Assembly (NCBI GenBank): GCA_049724395.1
Contig: JAUGWO010000108.1
Coordinates: 1 to 64,000, forward strand
Reading direction: 5' to 3'
DNA: 64,000 nucleotides
Origin: Spongospora subterranea f. sp. subterranea
Lineage: Eukaryota
Part shown: positions 13,330 through 27,175 of the stretch, one piece after another
How positions within the stretch are numbered: the first letter of the stretch is position 1
Layout of the letters: each line of letters starts with the position of its first letter
Position numbers and translations under genes: made by a program
The notes under the pieces: model-generated
Seen by the model: the letters and a program-made list of their open reading frames with translations, nothing else
The model's database searches: none
What the model was told of the DNA's origin: nothing

Positions 13330-15295
13330 GGAGTGGTGTCCTCCTCTTGTATCTCTCAGAGCCGCCTTTGCCGATTCGTCTAGAAGCAAAAAGCCAGCGC
13401 GGCCCTTAAGGAACTTCGCCAAGCTCGATTAGCAGACTACACGAAAAAGTTCAGCACACTGGCTTGGGATTCCGATTGGCCAGATAACCTGCGAATTGAA
13501 GAATACAGGGACGGATTCCGCGACAAAATAGACATAATGCTTACAACCTTGGAAGCGACAGGATTGACGTTCTCTTCGCTCGAAGATGTCATGCGTCAGG
13601 CATCGGATCTCGATGCTCACGTATCGTCGCGACAAAGAAGCCAGCGACGCGTTTCGCAAAAATCTTCGGATGCCACAACGTCCAATTCCGGCGAACATCA
13701 ATTGAATAATGCTAACAGTTTGAACTATTCTTCGTTGTACATTGCGCCGTGCGGGTTCGACATAGCCGGACGCACGATGAAAGATGTTTTGATAGATACA
13801 GGAGCGGGTTCGTGCTTCATGAGTTTTAACTTTGCCACTCAACAATCAATAAACTGGAGAACAAACAATCGCCCCATTACAGCAATAGCGTTCGATGGAA
13901 TTACATCTACATCGGCTTTACATCGTAAGGTATCTGTTCCATTTCGGATTGGGGAACATTGGTGTTCTGTCGAATTCAACCTCGTCTCTGAGATCTCGTA
14001 TGATATTATTGTAGGGTTCGACTGGTTGGCAAAGCATAACCCTTCTACCGATTGGCGATCTGTCCCAATTCAAATGTAATTGCCAAGAAAACGTACGTCC
14101 TAGTTCCTCCAACACAGGTGTGATGATAATGACTATGGAAACTGACAATCCCCACACCTTTGCACCCCCAGTATCACCGCCTGAATATCCGGTGCCATCA
14201 GAATTCATGGATTTCGCCGAGGTCTTTATGAAGAAATGGCAGATCAGCTTCCTTCCCATCGAGCCTATTATTGCACCATTGACCTAATACCAGACAACAC
14301 ACCACCGTTTGGACCAATTTATTTGTTATCCAAGCCAGAAGCGGAGGAGCTCCGCCGATATATCTCCGAGAACCTAAAGAAAGGATTTTTTCGCAAATCG
14401 AAATCACCTTGCAGCTCCCCAGTAATGTTTACGACAAAAAAGATAAAACCCTGAGGCTATGCCTGGATTATCGTCGTCTAAATGCGATGGCAATGAAAAA
14501 TCGATACCTATTACCCCGTAGTGATTCGATCCTGCACCAGGCTTGTCGAGGAATCTTCTTTTTCAAAATCGACTTACGAGGCGCATACATTTTGGTGAGA
14601 GTAAAAAGGGTGACGAATGGAAAACAGCATTCCGCACTCAATACGGCTTGCACGAACCTTGTCATGCCGTTTGGATTGGCAAATACTCCTTCCGTATTCC
14701 AACGATTGATGGACAATGTTATATTCAGATTAGTCTTACAGCTTCTAAGAAAACACAGGCTATTCGCTAGGCTCAAAAAATGCGAATTTTATGAGCAAAG
14801 AATCTGTTTCCTTGGATATACGTACTATCGCATGAATGCTTGGAAATGGATATGAACAACGTGTCGGCAGTTCTCACATGGTCCACCGCGATCAATCAAG
14901 CAAGTTCAATCGTTTTTAGGATTCGCTAATTTTTATAACAATTTATTCAAAACATTTCAAAAATTACCTTACCACTTCACGAGTTGTGCCGAAAGGAAGC
15001 AGAATTTAGGTGGACCAAGCACACTCAAACTGCAGTCTCCTCACTCAAACAGTCGTTTTCATCCTCATCGATTTTGGCCAACATCGACCCATCACTACCC
15101 ACAATCATCGAAGCGGATGCATCGGATTTCGCACTCGGCGCCATTATATCCCAAACCCACCCGGAAGGCTATCGACCTGTAGCTTTTTTTCCAGAGAACT
15201 AACTCCCGCCGAACTAAATACCCGATATACGATAAGGAGTTACTGGCGATCATTGCGGCTGTCGAACAGTGGAGACATCTTCTGAGTGGATCGGC
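13330..15295 (+). mobile_element. Ty3/gypsy (Tf2/chromovirus-like) retrotransposon, gag-pro-RT-RNaseH remnant
   Basis: LIDTGAGSCFM protease; PPFGPIYLLS; LRLCLDYRRLN; KIDLRGAY; MPFGLANTP; EADASDFALGAI; many frameshifts. Confidence 0.92.
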
Positions 15296-15624
15296 GGACG
15301 GGCTCGGCGACGAGGGCAGGGATGCGCCATAAATAATTCCAAGTAGGGAATAATTTTTATTCCCTACTGAAAATAATTTGTTTTTCAGTCAAACCCAAGG
15401 GAATTAATTCTATGAACATATTCGGAAAAAGGAATGGAGTATTTATTCTTCTTAGGGGAATTATTCCCGATTATTACATTTCGGAATAGAAAAGTTCTAT
15501 GTCCCAAAGCGACCCAATAAATTTCAAAATAGTTGTATTTCGAGACTTGATGGAAGCAAACGGCTCCTGGAATCGGTTATTGTCATCTTTGAAAGGGTAA
15601 AAAAGCGTTGACAAATGTTGCTTG

Positions 15625-17830
15625 TTGGAAAACGCGCCAAATGCTCACGATGGCGCAAGTGCCGTACCGGAGACCGAAACGGAGAAAAATACATTAACGG
15701 CGGGACCATATAACCCGTCGGCGCCTGCCACGATAGCTGATATTCAAGAGCTGGTTCGTTGTATGACTGAGAATTTCCAAGCTTTTCTCGCCGGTCAAGA
15801 TCGCAGAATGGCGGTTATCGAGAACGACCTCAAGGCTCTGAAGAAAGCCAAGGACGACACCTTTACGATCGACAACATGCCCGGCCGAGTTCCAGCACAA
15901 GCCGGAGTCCCAGAGCGGACCAGCTATGCAAGTCGAGTCCAGCAGAACATGCCACAAGCCTCCGTATCTTAGACTCCTGCTCACCGCGCCCCCGTTTCCG
16001 CTTTTTCAAGGCCGGCGCCTACTGAAGAACAAACGCTGCAGTTGGCGACGAACTCCCGAGTCGGCGAGCGAGGAGTGTATAAGCGATATACAAGACTGTT
16101 CGTCGACAAGTTCCGAGCTGGGCCTTTGGGAGAGACCAGGCGCAAATTGCGACGCTTTGGAATTATGGCGAACTCCATCGAGCTCAACTTCCTTGGCCTG
16201 GCGCACTCTGCTTGAGGAGGCGGCGACAGCTGTTGCGGCGAGACTACGGCAGCTACAGTTCGAGGTGAAAGAGGCGCTAGCCCCAGAAGATCCATCACTA
16301 CTTGTCGGCACGAAATGGGCGGAGGCTAGCCTGACTGATAAGACGGCGGAGGCGTCTCGTTGTTATATTGCCCGAATCAAACGGACCCTGTCCGCTGAGG
16401 TTCGCTGAGGTTAGGCCATCGTATCGTGGGGTTTTAAACAAGGAATTGTACAGATTGGGGCAGACCCCGGAGCGCTATATTGCTGCTCCAAAGAAGACGG
16501 CTGCCGCGGCACTGCAACCTCAAACGGAGAGCCAGGAATGGCAGACGCAGCGAAAGTCAGGCTTCAATCGCCGTCAAAAGAGAAGAAGAACATCAGGCCG
16601 ACACCCTCAATGCCCTTCGCCACAAGGACGTTTTGGACGCCCTGATGCCGTCCAACGACGAAATTATGCACGACGCCGACTTGGTCGGCGTCGAAGGTAC
16701 CGACGCCACTGGTCAGGCCAATATTGCTGATCTGCCCGCAGGATATCGGGAGATACTGGAGCGCAACCAAAATGGGGGAACGGGAGATTCCTGGGTCAGC
16801 GACGACGAAGTTGTGCCCGCGAGACGCGCCGTCGCCCGGGGGTTGGAATTCCACCAGGAGGAGGTCGTGGCGAACAAGGTTCGCCGCCTGCTCTCACCAG
16901 CCAAGACAGCCGACAATGTGGGAGAACACAACCGACAGGTAACCTCCTCATCGCCCACAGACTTGACCACATCCGCCAGATCATTATGAAGATCTCGTGC
17001 TGGAACTGTGAATCGTTAGATTTGGAAAAATAGGATATGATTATCTCGAGAATGGAAGCGAACCAGATTGATGCGATCGTGCTGACGGAGACGTGGCTCA
17101 GAGCGTGTCAAAGACTGGCACAACCGACAGGAGAGTGGAGCAGGAAAGACGTAAAGGTGTCGGAACTCCATTCGGATGCACGGCGAGGCAAAGGGGGTAT
17201 CAGTATCATTTTTCGTGGTGATTTATTTCATGATGTTTCGATTCAAGTGTGTCGTGATGGCCACTGGATCATATTCTATTCTTCACTGTTGGTTATCGCT
17301 GGATTTTATTGGCCCTCCGAATTTATCTTTGGAAGCTTTTGAGTTTGAGTTACGTTCACTGTCGACTTGCCTTCTGCAAGCGGCCGACGACTTTCCGAAC
17401 CGTGTGCTGGCTGTTTTGGGTGACTTCAATGCCCATCTCGGCCCGATCACCGGGGACAGAATATCTGACGCGCGCAGCAGCGCGGTCCTGGATTTTGCAA
17501 ATGATACGAATTTGCGGTTGCTGAACTCTAGTCGTAGCAGATCCGACGATCGATGGACGTGGATTCACCCGCGACACGCGCTCTGCTGTGGACCTGGCGC
17601 TAGTTCGTGGCACGGTTCACGCTGCAATTGCTGTCGCCCCGCCGCCGACACCAACTGGTCACGATCACAATTCCGGAGCCAGGAGTCCCGCCGGCGAAAG
17701 ACCCCGAACGATGGAACTGGGCAAGTGGAGCGCTGGCTGGGGAAAGCAAACACACTGCTGATTGCAAGGACCTGCTGGCACCGGTACTGGGCGAACTGAC
17801 CACCTTATGGCAACAGGTCGGCGACATCCT
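15625..17830 (+). mobile_element. LINE (non-LTR retrotransposon) ORF1 and APE endonuclease, truncated before RT
   Basis: GC-richer ORF1 fragments 15622-16989 overlap the ORF2 start MKISCWNCESL (16986); VLTETWL; VLGDFNAH; WTW. Confidence 0.88.
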
Positions 17831-18073
17831 GAAATAAATCACCACGAAAAATGATACTAGTACCCCCTTTGCCTCGCCGTGCATCCGAATGGAGTTCCGA
17901 CACCTTTACGTCTTTCCTGCTCCATTCTCCCGTCGGTTGTGCCAGTCTTTGACGCGCTCTGAGCCACGTCTCCGTCAGCACGATCGCATCTATCTGGTTC
18001 GCTTCCATTCTCGAGATAATCCCATCCTGTTTTTCCAAATCTAAAGATTCACAGTTCCAGCACGAGATCTTCA
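16987..18073. repeat. Inverted duplication of the LINE ORF2 5' end (16987-17230 vs 17830-18073)
   Basis: The same peptide KISCWNCESLDLEK...IIFRGDLF is encoded on both strands. Confidence 0.93.
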
Positions 18074-18727
18074 GTTGAATGGTGGCTCCATCCATCGGAA
18101 AACGATTGCAAACTGATCTGGTTGAATATCTTTCATTTTTCTCTCGACCAAGGTCGTTATCTTGATCATGCATTTTTTCAACGTCTTGATCGAAACTGGT
18201 TCCAGTTTGCAATACAATCTGGTGTTTGGCTTTTCACAAAAGTTGAAAGGCAAAAAGGTCTTCAACGATCCACTTGACCCACTTGAACAGATTAATGTCT
18301 TTTTTTGTGAGAAAAGGTAGTTATTGGCTGATCAGACGTTTTGGCGACATCGACCGTAACTGAGTGATCTCTATAGATATGATCCAGTAGGTTGGACCAA
18401 CCTTTTCCTCGTTTTCTTGTCTTACCCCATTGACATTTTCAGACGTCGTCACCTTCTTCAGCAAAGCATTTCCTGACAAATTCCTTATTATCAACCGACA
18501 TCTTACCACGGGCCGTGAATATTGCCGCAAGCGCCGCCACAAATTGCGGGTAATGTCGTCGCCGATTTTCAGGAATTTTTGGAAAATAGCCTGAAATAGT
18601 AGTTGTATTTTTTATCCCGGAATAATTTATTCCTCATGAAGCAATTAAGGGAATAATTAACTTTTTTTTTAGGCCTCCTCAAAAAATAATTTATTCCTAC
18701 TAGAACGGAAGTATTTCCCGATCCCTG

Positions 18728-19990
18728 CGTGCAATCTTGCGAATCAAATTTTCATCCAAGGAATGCTCAAAGCACACGGCAAGTTGGGACTGTGTCGAAA
18801 TCGTAAATAGACTGCATTTTGTCTGGTAATTGACTGATTCTTGGCGCTGTGTAGAACTAATTCCTGCGACAAAATGGAAATGGGTGAATGAGAAGGCCGA
18901 CTCAGCCTGCTTGGCTTCCACCGTTTCAATATAATCGCTTGTAATCGCTTTGTGTGCCCATTTTCGTTTGAGCGTCTCCCATTCCGAAAGGTATTCTTCC
19001 ATCTTTTCGATTGAACCGTTCCTCAGAGGTCGTCAAGGAATTGGCTGAGGTCTTTTCGCAATTCTTCAGCGAGCTTTTTTGTGATGTTTTGGGAGATGTG
19101 TTATCGGCATAGCTGATGAACAGTGTTCGGAAATACAGACGCAATCGCGTTTGCGAATTCAAGGTCGCCGTCGGTAAACCTTACGCTCGGTTCGGTGCCG
19201 CTGCATTCTTTAAGTTGGTTTCACACTCATTTGTTCGAATCGAATGATGACTCATGTGAAATGAGAGCGCCCCCGACCAAGCATGTAAATCCGTTATTGT
19301 CCACAGTCACGAACAGGACTAATGGGATTCCAAATCTGTTGGTTTGATATGTGGCATCTCCTTCAAGATTATCGGGAAATTTTTGGAACATTTCTTTGCC
19401 TTGATCGGACATCCAGAAAACTCTCTTGAGGCGCAGCGTTCTGAGCAGATGAAGTTTCCGACGCTGAAGTTTCCGGAACGACCTCTTAAGTTGCAGAAAA
19501 TCGCTTGCCTCCGTTGTACGGTCGGACACTTTCTGTGTTAGGTCTTTTGGTCCAGGTCACCTTGACATCAGGGAAATGCTGTTTCTCGATCAGTGTGATT
19601 ATCTGATTGATTTTCAAATTACCCAGTTTGAAAAGTTCAATCACTTTGTCCTGGACATCGTCCGGAATGAATCTATAATGAGGCAATTGCTCGAGCTCCT
19701 GGTCAGTGTAAAGTTCATGGCTATGCTCGGCTACTAAAGCGATAACTTCGTAGCCTAGCCTATTTTTTCTTCACAGTTGCTTTGAAAGGACAATTGCACT
19801 TTTTGCTGTGGATCTTTCTCTGAATGTTAGTGACATCCTTCGCTTTGCCAGAACGAAAACATTCGAAATAAGTACATCGTTGCTGTTTGGCGCTTCGCTG
19901 TATCACAGGGCATGTCGAAAACGACGCCATTGCTTGTTAGAATCAACTCTTTGGTCGCAAACAACCAGACCCTCCACCTTTTGCACTGGA
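18728..19990 (-). mobile_element. MULE/FAR1-like transposase remnant (second family)
   Basis: DATYQTNRFGIPLVLFVTVDNNG; FTDGDLEF; HQLC; STQRQESVN. Confidence 0.88.
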
Positions 19991-20004
19991 TGATTCACAA
20001 CATG

Positions 20005-20219
20005 TTCTATATGAAGTTGATGACATCATCGTGTCTAGAATAGTAAGTGGTCAACATCAATATTTGGTTAATTGGAAAGGTTGCGATATATCCGACAGTA
20101 CATGGGAACATTCAACATCCCTTCTCGCATCTGCCCCGGTCCCCTTACAGGAGTCCATTGCAAAGTTCCATCGCACTCACCCGAATGCACCCCGTTCAAG
20201 ACCGGTGATATTGTCATGA
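20005..20219 (+). mobile_element. Chromodomain of a chromovirus integrase C-terminus (possibly the 3' end of the 13330-15295 element)
   Basis: YEVDDII..R....QYLVNWKG...SDSTWE. Confidence 0.8.
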
Positions 20220-20456
20220 ACAATACTTGATAAACGACTCAAGCGTACCGTCTAATATCCTAAGCAACATTTGTTCCTCTAATCCTGACAGTTGTGTTCA
20301 GATCAACAACTTGCAGTATAAAGGCGAATGTTTTATAGAATCGTTGTTTGTTCCAGTAATCACCGTTGTACTGTGCAAATGTTGATTTGGGCATTGAGAA
20401 GATATATCGACTGTGCAAATGAATGTTAAAGTCTCATTCAGGCGATGAAGATTGTG

Positions 20457-23400
20457 TTATATGTTTCTTGACAAACCGCCGTCGGGATGAGACCATGAAC
20501 TAAGATCCTGTGGGCTGGGGACATTATTGGCTTGGGCGGCCATCATTTTCGCCGCCTTATTCTCCATTGCAACGCGTTCGTGACGCGACATTGACGGAAC
20601 CGTGAACGTGCGTTGCAAAAGCTTCAGGAAGTTTCGCATGGGCAGGTAGGATAACAACAGACTTAACACATTGGCCAAGATTTCCACAGCCATCACCATG
20701 ACTTGAATGATGATCTGTGTCTGCAACAAGTTTGTCCAATCAGATTGGTCCACTCCCCGTACAATGTAGGCGTTCATGACGCAATCGGTAAAAGCGGGTT
20801 CGTTCCGGCTCTGTAATGGAACAACGGACGCTGAATACAGTTGGCCGCTGATTGAGACATCGCGCTCCAGGAAAAAATGCCAGATTCTGTGTACGCGCTC
20901 GTCAATCCGTTAGTCAGAACGTCGCGAGCGCCGCCAATCAAATCCACTCCATATAATAGTTCCTCACTATTGGGAAGCTAAACAAAAACAGCGAAATCAG
21001 AACGAGGATGCGCCAAAATCAATCGAATAGATTCAAACGAATATGCAGTCTGAAATCGATGGTTCCCCTGACGATAAACTTAATGGAATAATTCCGCTTT
21101 GCGATTTAAAAGGAAAACCCACAAAAGTATACAATACCTTGAGCACGGTCGACACAGTTGTGAAATTCCGGAAAACCTTATTCCAGACGAAGAGGCCTAA
21201 ATGACAAGTTGTTGAATATGGAATGGAGTACAATCATTGTGTGAGTCGGTACCGAAATACCCTTCTTTGAACACTTCCAGGGTGTGCTCCCAGATTGTGT
21301 CCTTCCCGCTGAAAACATTCACAACGAAGATGGCCCCGATCATATTCCCGAACACGAGGTTTCCGTTGACAACTAATCAAAAGAACTTGAGCAGCAATTT
21401 GAATGAACAATTACACGATCCAAAAAAAACTATGAATTGAAACCAGTTCGAAAGAGCAGCCGAGTGAAACAGGCAAACCTTACTATAGAACATATTCATA
21501 ATTGTCATCATTCAATAATACATACGTGTTCGATTGCTAACTGGAATGGCGATAATGCGAGCAACTTTGGGTCCTTTATCTCGAGCTGAGGCGTTGCTGG
21601 GAGAATATATCGCAACTTGATCTGTGGTCAAAGTGACTGTTGTTGCAGTGGGGGCGCGAACGGCCGGATCCTGTCGGGCCATGTACTCAATCATGCCCAT
21701 CGACGGAAAGATTGTTGAGGTGGCGGGACCATGACTGCTGGCAATAACAACCGATCCCCTACAGCAATCGAATAAATCAGAGCCATAATCTCAATAGCAA
21801 AATAGATTTTTGATTCTCGAAAACAAGACCACAGCTAAAATGAAAGAACAAGGACGGAACTTTAGTCTGAGGAGGCGCGAAATTTGGCGGACACAGAACC
21901 CGAAAAGTAATCGCAAAACGACCTCAAATATATTTCAAAAGGCGAAAATCAATAAGATAATCTTGAGTTAGTGGGGCGTTTTCAGTACAATGAAACAGCT
22001 GAAACGGAATCCACTTCTAGGAAGGTGGCGCTGTCTTGAAGTTTGGCCGTCTCGCTGATGGAGAAGGATCCTGCGGCGACCGGGTTGATGAGCGTGTCGA
22101 ATCCGGACCATCCTTTCAGAAATCCACTGACATCCTTCAGCTTTGATTGCGAAACCTGACTCATGACGGCGCCCTAAATTGAGGTCAGACCTGATTGTAT
22201 CAATGTTTGCAAAACTCTGTGCCCCGTATAAAATTTCATAAGGCATCGGTGAATTTCAGAGAAATCGGAATAAGTTATCTTGGTTTTGTATTGCGGAATA
22301 GGGGTTGGAGATTAATTGAGCAATAAACTCACGTATGAGTAGTACAGAGTCAACATGTAGGAACAGAACAACTCAAATTACCTCAGAAGTCGCTGATGAA
22401 AATTCGCTGACGAAATTGGAGAGGAGATTGACATTGAAGAATATTAGTCCGGCCATTACACCTTGCACGATCACCGCTTTCGTGATCAAACTAATTAATA
22501 CCGATTTGTTCGCCCTCATCACCCCGAACCTTCTCATTGAACTCTTGAATTCTGCAATACGAAATATATTGTGTGAACTGACCAAGGCTCTGCGCACTGC
22601 TCATCAAACAAGAAACAACAAAACCAGCAAAAACATAGGAGCCGCCTAATATTGATATTGAATTAGGTGGAAAACAATCATGTTTCGACGTTTAATCTGG
22701 GAAAAAATCAATCAGAGACCTTTTGTTTCGAACCGAATCAATCAGCTGCTGCATCGGATCAATAAATTTGACAACTAGAAGGGGACCACTGTTAAAGGAC
22801 ACAAAAGAGCGTTCCCGAGGTCAAATTTCCTACACATAAACTTGAGAGTGGCCCAGCTCATTACGAAGAGGAATATGGCGAATGGAATCTGCCAGGATAT
22901 GGACGTGAGGACCAGGTGATGGACCACAGCGTTGGGCGCGCCGAACAGGTACACCGCCCTGGCGTGCTGCTGCGGCTCTGGAGCAGAAGATCCCTCGAGC
23001 ATGGTGCCAGGAACAGGACCGGCGGCCACCAGATAATCGGTGTCTTCTAAACAAATAGCATTTGGGAAACCAGTAAAACAATGTGTCAGACACGTATGAT
23101 CGCAAAGCGCCATAATCTTCGTTGCGATGAAAATTGACCACATGAGCTCGAAATAATGGTCCTAAAGTGTTGGAGGAACGGTCTGTGTCGGACACAAAAC
23201 ACAAGGGACAGATTGAAGGAACAACCAATTGACCAAAAAATCAACACAAAGCACACATAAATGAAATTGTGTGCTGGGTTTACCGATAGTTATTGTAGAT
23301 AGCACCGGATAATCTGGCGACCCGAAAAACTTTTGAAACTCGTCGTCGGAATACAGAACTGATAGATCTGGAGTTGATCCCAACCCATCTGCGGTCGTTT

Positions 23401-25119
23401 TCCAAGCAAACGAGGTTGCAGTTGTCCATGTACCGTCGAGAGATTGTGCCACAATCGCAGAAATCCCGCCCTTTTGGAGATTCACTACAGTAGAGAATGC
23501 ATCGTACTTTCGCCGTGTAATGGCTTTTCCTACGCGAACGGAAACAATGTGAGAAAAGCAAGCAATCAAGCAAGAAATGAGGATATTGCAAAATGGCACC
23601 AACATGTGGAAGAACATATACTGTGGTGATGGGAAAATATTCCATACCCATAAGAAGATACCCGACTGGAGAACTAGTTCCACAATGGAATGGGGAAATT
23701 GTAAATTGAACCAAAGTTCCTCCAGGCTGATCACGCCACGATGGCAGGTCGTCACCCATGCCCAACGAAGTGTCTTCTCGAGGGCCGAATTCCACAGACT
23801 CCATCGTCTCGAACAATGACGACGGAACCATCACAGATGACGCTGCCTGTTTGAAAGGGTTGAGATGGAATATCGGCACATGATAGTTTCACAGGTGAAA
23901 ACAGCAATTACTCAATTAATGGGCCAATCTGTAGTGGCCAAAGACGACAAGTGCTGAAATATTTAAAGAACATTCGGAATTGAAAATAGGTAGATCAACA
24001 AAAAATGGATCAACATTCGTTTTCTAAACATTGCTCTATTGAAAACCATTTTCTCTGTGATCAACACTGACAGGAACTCCAGATGAGAAATATGTGGAAT
24101 TATATGTGGATATAATCCCATCAGGATCAAATACGGAGCCGATAGCTGACGATGGACCGGCACTAGCGACAACACGACCAACGACATCGGTCAGAACAAC
24201 GAACTCGATATGGCGACTCTGGATCTCGTTCAGGAAGCGGATATGGTGCTCGTCGACCAGATACGAGTCATGAGGCGATCTCAGCAATACACACGTTGAA
24301 CTCGTGCTCGAATTGTAGGTATATCGGTACGATCCCAACCACTAATCAATGAACAAAATAGTTTTTAGGTCAATATCAGAAATGATTTGTCCATATTTGT
24401 GTGTTTACCAAAGAATGTCAAACCAAGATGGTCTGCAAGGACTGATATAATAAATACAAATTCGGTGTTATGACCCAACTACAAAGCAATTGCGAGATAG
24501 AAATGTTTTGCTTTTGAAAGACGTGCAATTGAATTTACCATAGTCTCCATGGCCTCGTGATAATCAAAATGAAGATAGCCGGCAGCACTGCTTGTCTTTA
24601 CTCCAAACATTTCAGTCAGGGAGGACGACAGCCAGACGATTTGAAATACGATGCACAGAACCACAGCCAGATCAGCCAACAGGATCAGACTCACGATCCG
24701 TTTTTTCACAACGCTCAGGCGTTCCTCCTGCTGCGTTTTCTGAAAAACAATACTCAGGATCATTGATCATGAAATTTGCGCTCTCTTTAGCAAGTCAGGT
24801 ATTCGTGTTTAGAAGCTTTACAGCAAAAGATGAAAAGTCGAAGCAGCGACAATTCAAAAAATGACATACAACAGGACAGCAATAACACAGGAACTGATCA
24901 GGATATCGAGGACAAGCATGACGTTCACCACATAAGTATTGTAGCACGACCCACCTGTTTTCGCTTGTTTTCGGATGCTAGTGATGATTTCTGGGTAGTA
25001 TTACCATTTCCACCACCAGTTGAGTTGCCCACAGTTTGGTCAACAGTACGTCGATGGTCAGTGCTGCTGGCATTTTCCCTTGATGGCACTGACAATGGTA
25101 AAATACCTGGACCCAACAT
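20457..25119 (-). CDS. Tandem Cache-like sensor 4-TM protein, paralog A (13 exons; frameshift in an A6 run at 20872-20877, pseudogene or assembly error)
   Basis: All 13 exons align to paralog D with GT-AG junctions; ATG at 25119; the last exon is broken by a homopolymer indel. Confidence 0.85.
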
Positions 25120-25419
25120 TGAGTGAAATGAAACAAAAGCAACAAGATTTCTTCCTTGATTGATGGTCGGTCGAGCGTACAAGTGTACCACCTCTGGTCA
25201 ATTTACGTGTGAAATCTGTGACCAAAGCATTTTTCGCCAAACCCTAATGTTGCATGTTAATGATCATGTAGGGACATTGCCATTGGCAGGTGGGGAGATA
25301 TTTTTGAGCTCATTGATTGCCGTTCAGGTGAAGACGTGATCGAAACGTCGCGAATTAGAAGCGATTTCGATACTCTTTCGAAGACCAAGTCTGAGATTGC
25401 TATACAGAATTCGCAAAAC

Positions 25420-26070
25420 CATAGGGCCAAACCCCCCATGGCCTTGTTGCCTCAAGATTGAACTTATCGGATGGTGGTAAAACGTTGGGTTTCTCAGGTC
25501 AGGATGGTTTTACAAAGAAGGACTGAAGGAGAGAGGGTGAAGCAGGATATGCAGTTCGCCAGTGATTGTGGATCCTCACTTAACGGTGTTCAAAAAGGAA
25601 TTCGTCGCATCCTTACGGAAAGTGGGTTGTGGCCTAGATCTGGGATATGCCTGAACCATGCTCGCCTGTTGCTTTCGAGTCAACCGGACTTTGCATCGCA
25701 ACAGGAATGGTTAGAGGAAACAGTTTTATCTGAAGGTAATCTCATAATTTTTTATCCAAAATTTCATCCAGAATTCAACTGGATTGAGATGTTCTGGGGT
25801 GCTACAACAAAGTTTACAAGGAAACATTGCACATATTCATTTACAGACCTAGAAAATATCATTACCATTGCGCTCAAACGCCACTAGCTTCAATGAGAAG
25901 GTTCGCTCGCAAATCGTTTAGATACATGGACGCATACAGTGAGAAGAATGGAATATTTCTTGACCAATCTCAAATAGAATATGCGATGAAAAAGTACACA
26001 TCTCATAGAACTACATTCCTAATATTAAACGACTTATTAATTATTATATACACTTTGAAATTGTCGGTTT
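25420..26070 (+). mobile_element. Tc1/IS630-superfamily transposase C-terminal fragment
   Basis: QKGIRRILTESGLW; LLSSQPDF; FYPKFHPEFNWIEMFWG; RRFARKSFRYMDAY. Confidence 0.85.
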
Positions 26071-26792
26071 AGGGTGATCGCCAATGTAGGCACTTGGTGA
26101 GACTATCGATGGGTAGACAATATACTGATTATCGATAGGAACTGTTCTCAACAGTCATCTTCTCCTTTCCAGTATAGTGTTATGTCACCCTATGCAGTCC
26201 CGTACAGATCGCAAAGTTGGAAGAGTAATTGTGATTGTTCGACAACGCGCGATGATCAGGGTAAAATTGTGAAAGTGTTACTTCAAATAAATAAAGTGAA
26301 GTAGTCTTCAGAAAAAAAAAGTAACTAACAGTTCGCGGTTGATTTCAAAATCATTCCCGTGGATAAAACCCATGGGCTCGCACAAACGGGATTTTTTTGG
26401 TCGGCGATACTAGTCTTGGAATCCACACTTGTTAAAGATCCTGAGATTCATGATGCATGTATAACCTGTTCAGTAACTGGAACATACCCTCTCCTACTCA
26501 CAGTGATCTTTTGTACTGCCAGCATGTCAGTCCAAATCATTCTGGGTGATCGATATAACGTCGCAGCTACTGTTCCAGGACCTGTCACCCTGTCCGATTG
26601 ATCATCCGTCCCTAGTTTTCAAGCCGATTCGCAACAGACATTTCCAGAGGCGAGAAGTGACAAGGATCAGGTTGCGTACAGTCATGACTGAACTCATCCT
26701 CAGTGGTTTTGCACTCGATCATTTTATTTTGAGTTCCTAAATTAATTTACTTTTATTGTGAAAATAACGGAGTAATCTGTTATGTACCCAAA

Positions 26793-26936
26793 AAGGAGTG
26801 GCATGGTTGGCATGGCACACTAAGAAGTGCATGGCTGTCATGGCACACTAAAAAGTGGCATGGTTGGCATGGCACACTAAGAAGTGGCATGGTTGGCATG
26901 GCACACTAAGAAGTGGCATGGCTGGCATGGCACACT
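26793..26936. repeat. Minisatellite, ~29-bp unit x5 (aagaagtggcatggttggcatggcacact)
   Basis: Direct tandem copies visible; each unit contains TGGCA three times. Confidence 0.93.
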
Positions 26937-27175
26937 CGGTCACAAGATAATCTCATACTCATCCTCACTGGGCTTGTACACTTTGCAATATGGAAACAAC
27001 AAAAGGACTCATCCTCAGTGGCTGCGTTACAGTTGGATTCACCAAAAAATCTGTTATTTCGGGACGGGACCAGTGGCGAATTGCTTCCTGAGGGTATTGC
27101 TGATATAGCTATTCCAGAACTTTCGGAGCCGTCTGCTTCCGATCATAATTCAATTCACTCGTTTTTCGCATCACG

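Larger units (their letters stand above)
15317..18727 (-). mobile_element. hAT DNA transposon with both termini; middle replaced by a LINE
   Basis: CAGGGAT at 15317 and ATCCCTG at 18721-18727 with GGAATAA/TTATTCC subterminal repeats. N-terminal transposase LPFNFCEKPNTRLYCKLEPVS..QFAIVF (18075-18265); C-terminal dimerisation motif PTSNICQRFF..RSRLLPSSLEIQLF (15524-15628). No TSD seen. Confidence 0.85.

Noticed and set aside
15309..18735. 8-bp target-site duplication for the hAT element
   Set aside because: Flanks gacgaggg and cgtgcaat do not match.
26793..26936. CRISPR-like repeat or MAWLAWHT ORFs
   Set aside because: Pure tandem repeat without spacers; the ORFs are incidental.
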